Assembly (NCBI GenBank): GCA_039188945.1
Contig: JBCCYW010000004.1
Span: 2,313-66,312, forward strand
Length of the DNA stretch: 64,000 bases
Origin: Patescibacteria group bacterium
GTDB taxonomy: Bacteria; Patescibacteriota; Minisyncoccia; Phycocordibacterales; UBA918
Reading direction: 5' to 3'
Shown here: positions 10,153-17,192 of the stretch, piece by piece
Layout of the letters: every line of letters begins with the position of its first letter
How positions within the stretch are numbered: position 1 is the first letter of the stretch
Notes under the pieces: model-generated
Databases searched by the model: none
What the model was told of the DNA's origin: nothing
What the model saw: the letters and a program-made list of their open reading frames with translations, nothing else
Translations under genes and position numbers: made by a program

Positions 10153-10153
10153 C

Positions 10154-10501
10154 ATGAACGATCGACACGACCGCGTTGCGAACCTTATCAAAGAGCTCTC
10201 CGCTCAGTTTATTCAACACGAAGCCAACACCGACCCGCTGATTACCGTGACCAAAGCCACTACCTCGCCCGACTATCGTAAGGTGACGATCTTTGTTACC
10301 ACCATCCCTGACGATCGAGAGGAGGACGCAATTATTTTTTTAAAACGCAGCGCCACTGAGCTGAGACGATTCCTCAAACAAAAAAGCAACCTGAAGATTA
10401 TCCCCCACCTCGAATTCTCGATCGACTACGGTGAGCGTCACCGCCAACACACTGACGAAGTATTTCGAGAAATCGATGATGAAAAGAAAACTGACTCCTA
10501 G
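10154..10501 (+). CDS. rbfA: Ribosome-binding factor A
   Basis: MNDRHDRVANLIKELSAQFIQHE... typical RbfA; follows infB as in many bacteria; in-frame internal ATG of track ORF 10067..10501. Confidence 0.8.
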   Translation: MNDRHDRVANLIKELSAQFIQHEANTDPLITVTKATTSPDYRKVTIFVTTIPDDREEDAIIFLKRSATELRRFLKQKSNLKIIPHLEFSIDYGERHRQHTDEVFREIDDEKKTDS

Positions 10502-10519
10502 GAGTCAGTTTTCTTTTCA
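10490..10519 (+). terminator. Intrinsic terminator of rbfA (ACTGACTCC-TA-GGAGTCAGT + TTTCTTTTC; stop codon inside loop)
   Basis: Perfect 9-bp stem plus T-tract. Confidence 0.7.
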
Positions 10520-10531
10520 CCGAATACACTA

Positions 10532-10584
10532 TGCGGGCGAGAGGACTTGAGCCTTTGAAACAGTTTGGGGAACTGTTTCAAAGT
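10532..10584 (+). repeat. 22-nt near-exact copy of the 3' end of tRNA-Leu(TAG) (TGCGGGCGAGAGGACTTGAgCC) plus perfect hairpin TTTGAAACAGTT-TGGGG-AACTGTTTCAAA, about 60 nt from the intact gene
   Basis: Direct repeat with 10615-10636 (1 mismatch); hairpin seen in sequence. Confidence 0.65.
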
Positions 10585-10614
10585 TGCCCTAGTGCCTCTG
10601 GAAACTTTGCATTG

Positions 10615-10697
10615 TGCGGGCGAGAGGACTTGAACCTCCACGAGTTACCTCACTAGTGCCTAAAACTAGCGCGTCTACCAATTCCGCCACACCCGCA
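10615..10697 (-). tRNA. tRNA-Leu (anticodon TAG), long variable arm
   Basis: Reverse complement TGCGGGTGTGGCGGAATTGGTAGACGCGCTAGTTTTAGGCACTAGTGAGGTAACTCGTGGAGGTTCAAGTCCTCTCGCCCGCA. Confidence 0.85.
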
Positions 10698-10729
10698 TTT
10701 GTAACTGCACAAGTATACACTTGTACGTG

Positions 10730-10802
10730 TCCACCCACTAGGGCTCGAACCTAGGACCGTCTGCTTAAGAGGCAGCTGCTCTACCAACTGAGCTATGGGT
10801 GG
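10730..10802 (-). tRNA. tRNA-Lys (anticodon CTT)
   Basis: Reverse complement CCACCCATAGCTCAGTTGGTAGAGCAGCTGCCTCTTAAGCAGACGGTCCTAGGTTCGAGCCCTAGTGGGTGGA; C1-G72 acceptor. Confidence 0.8.
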
Positions 10803-10860
10803 ATATATAAATTGTGCGCCCGAGTTTACCGTAAAGCCTGTTGTAAAACAAGACGCATTG

Positions 10861-10947
10861 TGCCGGGAGCGGGACTTGAACCCGCACGCCGTTTGAAAGG
10901 CAGGGGATTTTAAGTCCCCCGTGTCTACCGATTCCACCATCCCGGCA
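10861..10947 (-). tRNA. tRNA-Leu (anticodon TAA), long variable arm
   Basis: Reverse complement TGCCGGGATGGTGGAATCGGTAGACACGGGGGACTTAAAATCCCC...GGGTTCAAGTCCCGCTCCCGGCA. Confidence 0.85.
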
Positions 10948-10969
10948 AAGGATGACTGGTGTATTTTGT

Positions 10970-11044
10970 CTCGACACAGGAGACTTACAGTCCCCGCAGT
11001 TTGTGTCCCACACAATCCTGCCTACCGATTCCACCATCCCGGCA
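10970..11044 (-). repeat. tRNA-like fragment: 22-23 nt exact copy of tRNA-Leu(TAA) 5' end (TGCCGGGATGGTGGAATCGGTAG), then hairpin GCAG-GATTGTGTGGGACACAAA-CTGC and an anticodon-arm-like GGGGACTGTAAGTCTCC; no T-arm
   Basis: Direct repeat of 10925-10947 located about 75 nt upstream (on minus strand) of the intact gene. Confidence 0.65.
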
Positions 11045-11114
11045 TGGAAGTGTGCGCAGCATAATAGCATAATTACTTGGTGAAAAAAGGCTCAAATGCT
11101 ACAGTATCGCTTAC

Positions 11115-11161
11115 GGCCAGGTGGCGAAGTAGATAGAGTGTGCTGGGAGCAGACTCTATCT
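11115..11161 (+). repeat. 16-nt exact copy of tRNA-Cys 5' end (GGCCAGGTGGCGAAGT) followed by hairpin AGATAGAGT-GTGCTGGGAGCAG-ACTCTATCT, 83 nt upstream of intact tRNA-Cys
   Basis: Direct repeat with 11198-11213. Confidence 0.7.
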
Positions 11162-11197
11162 GAGGTCTTAGACCGAATCGTTATCTGGCTGAAAGTT

Positions 11198-11269
11198 GGC
11201 CAGGTGGCGAAGTGGTAACGCTTCGGTCTGCAAAACCGACATGCACGGGTTCGATTCCCGTCCTGGCCT
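11198..11269 (+). tRNA. tRNA-Cys (anticodon GCA)
   Basis: GGCCAGGTGGCGAAGTGGTAACGCTTCGGTCTGCAAAACCGACATGCACGGGTTCGATTCCCGTCCTGGCCT. Confidence 0.9.
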
Positions 11270-11273
11270 CAGA

Positions 11274-11691
11274 CTAATTAATCAAATCTGCCTGCTTGAG
11301 GTCCTCAAGCACTTCTCGATACACATAGGCAATATCTTCTTTCATAGCCTGCTCATAGGTAAACCACCCATAGTCCTGGATCTCAGATTCTTGCAGCGCT
11401 ACTTCTCCAGACCATGAACCAAGAAACACTAATGCAAACGCTCGCTTGTTAGCAGACTTGCTTTCATAAAAATAAAACTTCTTTCTCGGAACAAAATCTA
11501 AGCCAGCCTCTTCTTTCACTTCCCTAATGACAGCCGCTTCGACCGACTCATCAGTCTCTTCTATCCCTCCAGCGGGAAATGTCCAGTGGTTGGGATAATT
11601 TTAGAATCTGCTGAGCGCTTAAGCAGCAGTATCTTGCTCTCACCATTAGTAATCACTGCAGAAGCAGCGACTCGTGATAATTTATAGTTCA
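11274..11691 (-). pseudogene. Nudix hydrolase disrupted by a 1-nt frameshift (or sequencing error) near 11570-11575
   Basis: N-terminal frame MNYKLSRVAASAVITNGESKILLLKRSADSKIIPTTGHFPLEG* stops; shifting by -1 restores the Nudix box GIEETDESVEAAVIREVKEEAGL, which continues into track ORF 11274..11519. Confidence 0.7.
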
Positions 11692-11711
11692 TTCAACAAT
11701 TCTACTTGATA

Positions 11712-12764
11712 TTACGACAGCTTCGGGCGGAGTCTCCCCTTCTTAAACTGCGTGGGCCGGAAGTAGCGGTTGTAGTAGCGCGCGTAGGTTTTCTTAACTG
11801 GTTCAGGCAGCTGATCAAAGTAGTAGCAGTAGGTTGAACAATAACCTTTCTTTTTTGCCATACACTCGTCGCAACCAATGAAGAGCGTGTGGCAGACTTC
11901 GTTTTTGCAGTGATAGTGTGTGTCCGCTTTATTCTTATTACAGAGGTGACAAGTCGCAATCACTTCATTGCCAATCCGCTCACCTAAGCGCTCATCAAAT
12001 ACAAAGTTTTTGCCTTTAAATTTGTTTTCTAGTCCTTGTTCTTCTACCTGGTGTTTGTAGTCGATGATACCGCCTTTGAGGTGCCGCACGTCTTTAAAAC
12101 CATTGTGCTTCAGCCACGCACTGGCTTTCTCGCAGCGAATCCCGCCAGTGCAGTAGAGAGCTACTTTTTTATTTTTATGTTCTTCTAGCAGCTGTGGCGC
12201 TACGGCTAATTCTTCTTTAAAAGTATCTACCTCAGGAGTGACGGCTCCTTCAAACCGCCCTACTTCGCTCTCGTAAGCATTACGCATATCAACCACAACA
12301 GCGTCTGGATCGTCGACATAGTCGTTCATCTCCTGAGCGGTTAGATATTCCCCAGTGTTTGTGACATCAAAGGAATCATCATCAAGACCGTCAGCAACAA
12401 TTTTATCTTTCACTTTGATAGTGAGTTTGTAGAATGATGGTGCCCCGCCTTCTTCCACCGCGATTTTGTATGGCACACCTGACAATTCTGGTTGCGCTTG
12501 TACCCACATATCAAACTGCTCCCAGTTATCGGTCGGGACGTTCATTTGGGCGTTAATACCCTCTGCAGCAACGTAGATCCGACCGAGACAACCCAAATCA
12601 CCCCAGGTCTTTAGGAGACGATTTCTAAAAGCGGCTGGGTCACTGAGCTTTACATAGCGATAAAACGACACTGTGGTGCGTTTGATACCATCGGTAGCTA
12701 TTTCGACTCGTTTTTCTTCCCGACTGCGTAAGTCTCGTTTCATACTTTTTGTGAGCAAAATCAT
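11712..12764 (-). CDS. trhO: tRNA uridine(34) hydroxylase TrhO (rhodanese-like, YceA family) with Cys-rich C-terminal tail
   Basis: TTVSFYRY, GRIYVAAEGINAQ, YCTGGIRCEKASAWLKHNGF, FKGKNFVFDERLGERI, CHLC...CKNEVCH closely resemble E. coli YceA. Confidence 0.85.
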   Translation of the reverse strand: MILLTKSMKRDLRSREEKRVEIATDGIKRTTVSFYRYVKLSDPAAFRNRLLKTWGDLGCLGRIYVAAEGINAQMNVPTDNWEQFDMWVQAQPELSGVPYKIAVEEGGAPSFYKLTIKVKDKIVADGLDDDSFDVTNTGEYLTAQEMNDYVDDPDAVVVDMRNAYESEVGRFEGAVTPEVDTFKEELAVAPQLLEEHKNKKVALYCTGGIRCEKASAWLKHNGFKDVRHLKGGIIDYKHQVEEQGLENKFKGKNFVFDERLGERIGNEVIATCHLCNKNKADTHYHCKNEVCHTLFIGCDECMAKKKGYCSTYCYYFDQLPEPVKKTYARYYNRYFRPTQFKKGRLRPKLS

Positions 12765-12861
12765 ACCAGCTGGGCGCTGGCTACGCCAGCGCCCAGACAC
12801 ACTCTCATCCTATTTCAGCCATATTTACAAAGCCAGATTAGAGGGTTAAAACTTGACTTTT

Positions 12862-12890
12862 AATTGATTTTGTGATATTATTAAAAGTGG
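12862..12890 (+). promoter_or_regulatory. Sigma70-like promoter TTGACT-N17-TATTAT, upstream of the SPFH gene (long 5' leader with three small hairpins)
   Basis: Near-consensus hexamers seen in sequence. Confidence 0.45.
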
Positions 12891-13154
12891 GATGGGGGTA
12901 CTATACCCCGACCGTGCGGTCGGGCAATGGTGCCCACCATAAATAGTTCGCGGCTCGGGCTTTCATCCTCGCCGCCTTGAAAATAGAAAGGAAAACGCAT
13001 GCAGCGGTTTCTTGATCTACTCAAAACAATCGGAGAAAATTTCGGACCCTCCATTGTGAGGGCCTGGAGTCTTCTATCTTCGTTCGTTTCAAGTGCTTGG
13101 GCAGGTGTCACCTCCCAGTATAAAAACCTCGAACAGATCAAAATGGAGGTGTTG

Positions 13155-14612
13155 ATGAAATATCTCAAATTTACCCTCTTTGCAGGGCTGCTGGTAGCGC
13201 TCGCGTTCGTCGTTGGCACCTACCATGTACTGATCCTGGAATGGATTCAAGAGAACCCAGAACTCGCAATCGCACTATCTATTGCAATGGCAACAATCCT
13301 TGGTGTCTGGTTCTTGTGGTTCCGAAAAGAAAACGGACCAGATACACCTCAACAAGAAGATTCGGTTACAAAACCTGAGGAGAAAATCATGAAACTTCCC
13401 ATAACGGGTGGCGTCATGATTGTCGCCCTTGAACTACTGATCACCAGTGTTGGGACAATTGCTATTTCTCTCTATGAGACTGGCAAACTTCTCCCTCCAG
13501 CAATGGAGTGGTCTGCAGAGCTTAGCTTGGCAAACGTCTGGCTGATTCTGGGACTAGTCTACACTGGAGCGAGCTTTCGTTTCGACCAACTGATCCAAGC
13601 TGACCAACTCGCGGTTCGTACTATCTTTGGTCGTCCGACTGACGTCATGAGTTCTGGTGTTCCGATTCTGCCGCCAGGCATCGGAGATCAAATCGTACTT
13701 CCCACTGACGTGATCCAGGATGAACATCCTGGAGAACCTGAAAAGATCTTTAGAAATGAAGATCAGCAAGCGGTCCCTGACGGTATGGTGCCCCCGTTTC
13801 GAGTCACCTTCGGAGCTGCTATCAGTGAAGATGCAGCAAGGAATATGTTCAAAGACGAGTTCTCTGTTACTGACAGATACGGTAGAGAGATCGAGTTTAA
13901 AGCGGAGGTTGAAGAGGATCTGTTGTCCAAACGGGTAACTGGTGAAGTCGTGACAGTTTCACGCTACAGAATCGTGGAAGCGATTCCGTTTGTGAAATTT
14001 ATCGGAGGCACCAAACAGGCGAGTGGGCAAATTGAAGACGAAATCTTTGGAGTGGTTCAACGAATCTATCCGAAGATTAGTCTGGCGCAAGCTCTGCAAA
14101 ATATTGATTGGATGAATGCCATTCTTTATGAAGCAGCGAAACGGCGAGTAAGTGCTGTTGATGGTCGTCAAGCATGGGGTATTGATATTGAGGACGCGTT
14201 TGTCAAATCACTACCTCAGAGCCACAGCCTCAACAACTCTATCCAGAGTATTGCTGAAACCGAAGCTGATGCCGTAAACCGAGAAAGACTTGCCGAAACC
14301 GATCGTGTTGAGCGGGAAAAGGCCGGTCAAGGTGACGCAGCTGCAGAACAAGCACTGCTGGAAGCACGTGGTGATGGGTACCATTACATTGCTATAAAAA
14401 CTCGTGTTAAGGGTGCAGAACTTGCTCAACGGACTGATGCGGCACGTCAACTTGCTGAGGCAGGTAATGTTATTGTAACGGACGGAAACGGTGCCACCGG
14501 GTCACTTTTGGGTCTGATCACTGCGGGCGCAGCTGTTGCTAACCGAGAAAAGATCTCGGGCAACAGTCAGTTGCCCGAGGGAGAAACAAACCTAAACGAA
14601 AGTGAGAACTGA
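13155..14612 (+). CDS. SPFH/band-7 domain membrane protein (flotillin/HflK-like) with N-terminal TM helices
   Basis: GGAGGTG SD before MKYLKF start; SPFH-like core (VRTIFGR...VSRYRIVEAIPFVKF) and Ala/Glu/Arg-rich flotillin-like tail; family call by eye. Confidence 0.55.
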   Translation: MKYLKFTLFAGLLVALAFVVGTYHVLILEWIQENPELAIALSIAMATILGVWFLWFRKENGPDTPQQEDSVTKPEEKIMKLPITGGVMIVALELLITSVGTIAISLYETGKLLPPAMEWSAELSLANVWLILGLVYTGASFRFDQLIQADQLAVRTIFGRPTDVMSSGVPILPPGIGDQIVLPTDVIQDEHPGEPEKIFRNEDQQAVPDGMVPPFRVTFGAAISEDAARNMFKDEFSVTDRYGREIEFKAEVEEDLLSKRVTGEVVTVSRYRIVEAIPFVKFIGGTKQASGQIEDEIFGVVQRIYPKISLAQALQNIDWMNAILYEAAKRRVSAVDGRQAWGIDIEDAFVKSLPQSHSLNNSIQSIAETEADAVNRERLAETDRVEREKAGQGDAAAEQALLEARGDGYHYIAIKTRVKGAELAQRTDAARQLAEAGNVIVTDGNGATGSLLGLITAGAAVANREKISGNSQLPEGETNLNESEN

Positions 14613-15448
14613 TGTACACACTTCTTGTTGTAGTAGCTATAGTTGGTGGAATATGGCTACTACGGAGACCTCAAGCTGAACCAGCCGCGGCTCCAAAGCG
14701 CACCACTGAGAGTGCTGGCGAGAAAAGAACTGTCGAAGGTTACTTTCCTAGCAACATCATGAGTTCCATATTACCTGGTCAGGTGATTATTGGAGTAGCG
14801 ATACTTGTCCTTGCTTTAGCGCTTTTCTTCGGTGACCAGAACACTGGCATCTTTGAAAAGATTAGCGATTGGAAGATCTGGGAGGATCCTATTTTTCTCC
14901 TGATCAGCCTCATAGCTACTCTAGGCTTTGTTGGAGCTCATACAACAGCCGGACAAGGAACTGAGCTTGTAAAGGTGGCTCGCTGGGTATATCGGGTTTC
15001 GCTCGGTGTTCTGCTTCTGTATAGCGTCACTTGGTTCTTCGAGTCTAAAAAAGTTGAAGACCCAGTGAAACTAACTCTCGAAGCTGTCACTGCCTGCGCT
15101 CAAGATCGGAACCAATGTCCTAGTATCAATCTATTCGGAACTGATCAGTCAAACAAGACCACCAATCATGTTGTTTCGGCCAATCGAGTACCCACTCTGG
15201 CCGACTACGACCGTAGGGTCACAATCGGTGCCGATCCGGTTGGGTTCCGGATCGCCAACTCAGGTGGATGCGTGTTCGCACAGAAGGTCAGCGGTGGCAA
15301 CATCTTTGCCGAAGCGCTGTACCTCAACGAGACGCAGCGGGCAGCTGGGAAGCCGAATGGCTTTGCCTACAGTAGCCCAGATGGTGCTGTAATCAATGTC
15401 AATCGCCATGTCCACAAAGGACAAACCTGGCGGGGTACGACATGCTGA
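14612..15448 (+). CDS. Integral membrane protein with Cys-containing C-terminal extracytoplasmic domain, translationally coupled (ATGA overlap) to the SPFH gene
   Basis: 4 predicted TM helices; 4-nt start/stop overlap. Confidence 0.55.
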   Translation: MYTLLVVVAIVGGIWLLRRPQAEPAAAPKRTTESAGEKRTVEGYFPSNIMSSILPGQVIIGVAILVLALALFFGDQNTGIFEKISDWKIWEDPIFLLISLIATLGFVGAHTTAGQGTELVKVARWVYRVSLGVLLLYSVTWFFESKKVEDPVKLTLEAVTACAQDRNQCPSINLFGTDQSNKTTNHVVSANRVPTLADYDRRVTIGADPVGFRIANSGGCVFAQKVSGGNIFAEALYLNETQRAAGKPNGFAYSSPDGAVINVNRHVHKGQTWRGTTC

Positions 15449-15539
15449 TCCTTTCGAACTTACGGTGGGCCCCGAAGGGCCCACCCGTGAACTACCGCCC
15501 GCGTGCTACGTGCATGGGGCGGTTTCTTTTTATATAAAT

Positions 15540-15854
15540 CTATCGGTCGAGATTAATACAAGGCGAGCCTGTATTGGTTGTACAATTCTGGAGATTACCT
15601 CCCAACCCAAAGGTGCCCGCAAACACACTCAAGAGTGCATAGGCCGATACCATCACCAAGAGGCCAATAATCCCCCACAACATACGCCGTCTCCCCTCTT
15701 CCCGGGCTGTTTCATTGTTAGCGTTAGCGACAAATAAAAACCCACCCCACAAAAACACAAACAAAGCGACTGTGCTCAAGAGAAAAATAATCGGAAACAG
15801 AATAATTTCATTAAAACGAGCAACAAACTGAAATGCTAAATCCTGACCTGGCAT
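15540..15854 (-). CDS. VirB2/TrbC-like pilin family protein (104 aa, TM-loop-TM)
   Basis: Two hydrophobic helices separated by a charged loop, similar architecture to neighbouring pilins. Confidence 0.55.
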   Translation of the reverse strand: MPGQDLAFQFVARFNEIILFPIIFLLSTVALFVFLWGGFLFVANANNETAREEGRRRMLWGIIGLLVMVSAYALLSVFAGTFGLGGNLQNCTTNTGSPCINLDR

Positions 15855-15877
15855 TACTACTAAGTGTACCGTAGCTC

Positions 15878-15918
15878 ACCCAAAAACAAACAAACCCCGG
15901 TGGATGCCGGGGTTTGTT
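15878..15918 (-). terminator. Intrinsic terminator after pilin gene 15933..16340 (CAAACCCCGG-hairpin followed by TTTGTTTGTTTTT on minus strand)
   Basis: GC stem plus T-tract. Confidence 0.65.
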
Positions 15919-15932
15919 TGCTGGACGTGTGG

Positions 15933-16340
15933 TTAATTACCAACGTCAGGTCCTTGTGGAGCGTCAAGTGGACCAGTACCCACTTCAACACCGAAGGCGC
16001 CAGCGATAATGTTGACGAGGCTCCAGAGAGCAACAATCGCCACAAAACCAATGATGGCGTAGAGCATCAGGTTACGACCTTGTGCGCGCTTCTCATCGTC
16101 ACCACCACCAAGGATGAAGTACTGGATAACACCCCAGATAAACACCAATACCGCAAAAGCAATCGCCAATGGGATAAGGAAGTTATTTACGAGGTTAACG
16201 AGAGCTTCAATAAGCTGACCAAAGGTTCCAGTTTCACCTTGTAGCAAACCACTCTGCGCAAACACCAATACAGGTAGGAAAGCAAACAGACTTACCGCAC
16301 CTTTTACAATATTAATTTTAGACATAAATACGTTATACAT
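15933..16340 (-). CDS. VirB2/TrbC-like pilin (signal peptide, TM-loop-TM; 135 aa)
   Basis: LVNLVNNFLIPLAIAFAVLVFIWG...RAQGRNLMLYAIIGFVAIVALWSL paralogous to the N-termini of 426..1376 and 1912..2829. Confidence 0.7.
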   Translation of the reverse strand: MYNVFMSKINIVKGAVSLFAFLPVLVFAQSGLLQGETGTFGQLIEALVNLVNNFLIPLAIAFAVLVFIWGVIQYFILGGGDDEKRAQGRNLMLYAIIGFVAIVALWSLVNIIAGAFGVEVGTGPLDAPQGPDVGN

Positions 16341-16417
16341 TACTAATCAGTAACTTCCTGTGATTATACAAGAAAAAGCTGATTTTACCAGAGCATCTCT
16401 CCCCTCTGTGCATAACT

Positions 16418-16666
16418 CTAGCCAAATAAGCTGCGGCGCAAAAAGCCGATAATTGCCCACACACTCAGCATAATGACAATCACAATAATGCCTACCAGAG
16501 CGGTGTTTTGTCCCTCCTGGACCTTCGTAGCGTCTCCACCATTAAGGATCCACGCATCGATTAAGCGCCATATGAAATAGATTATGGTGAGGGTGATGAG
16601 TACCGGAATAGCGGTATTGATAAGGTTGATGAAAATTTGGATCAGCTCAGCAAATGTAGTAGGCAT
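16418..16666 (-). CDS. VirB2/TrbC-like pilin (82 aa)
   Basis: TM-loop(GGDATKVQEGQN)-TM, same family pattern. Confidence 0.6.
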   Translation of the reverse strand: MPTTFAELIQIFINLINTAIPVLITLTIIYFIWRLIDAWILNGGDATKVQEGQNTALVGIIVIVIMLSVWAIIGFLRRSLFG

Positions 16667-16678
16667 ACTAAAAATTAA

Positions 16679-17191
16679 CTAGCGTTGAAACTCAGTAACG
16701 ACATTCTCGATAATAGCTATAATCGCCTCAGCGCCGAGAATAATCACTCCACCAATCACGGCGTAGAGGAGGGCTCGCTGGGCTTCTTCAATCTGGCTGG
16801 AATTACCTTGGGCCATAACATATTTGAAGCCAGCATAAATAATGAAGAAGACGATGATCGGCACCATCAGAATCACTACAATATTGAGGATAGCGACCAA
16901 CAGACCTTCGAGCGAGCCGACGGTGAGGGGGTTACAGAGACGACTTGTGGTATCGCAGGGAGCAGTACCTCCGCCTCCACCAACAACGGGATTGTCTCCG
17001 CCTCCGCCTCCCAAGACTGGATTATCGCCCCCACCTCCTCCTAGAACTGGATTGTCGCCAGGACATGCAACCTCGTCTCCAAAAGGATCGAAACAGACTG
17101 CTGCCGCAGGTTCGGGCGTTATTAAGTAGAAACCAATACTTACTACTATGGTTACTGCGAGTACTATGACCTGACGAAACGTAACTGACAT
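16679..17191 (-). CDS. VirB2/TrbC-like pilin with N-terminal extension containing 3 tandem DNPVLGGGGG repeats and Cys motif
   Basis: C-terminal pilin core (LEGLLVAILNIVVILMVPIIV...EEAQRALLYAVIGGVIILGAEA); start moved to MSVTFRQ to avoid 47-nt overlap with upstream gene. Confidence 0.65.
   Translation of the reverse strand: MSVTFRQVIVLAVTIVVSIGFYLITPEPAAAVCFDPFGDEVACPGDNPVLGGGGGDNPVLGGGGGDNPVVGGGGGTAPCDTTSRLCNPLTVGSLEGLLVAILNIVVILMVPIIVFFIIYAGFKYVMAQGNSSQIEEAQRALLYAVIGGVIILGAEAIIAIIENVVTEFQR
16969..17059 (-). repeat. 3 x 30-bp tandem repeat encoding GDNPV(L/V)GGGGG within a pilin gene
   Basis: Seen directly: repeated ggattgtctccgcctccgcctccc / ggattatcgcccccacctcctcc units on plus strand. 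Confidence 0.8.
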
Positions 17192-17192
17192 A

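Noticed and set aside
10653-11070. Two overlapping minus-strand ORFs (120 and 101 aa) across the tRNA cluster
   Set aside because: They read through tRNA-Leu/Lys genes; Cys/Gly-rich nonsense translation of tRNA sequence
12881-13219. 112-aa minus ORF overlapping the SPFH gene start
   Set aside because: Antisense to a well-supported gene and its leader; no RBS
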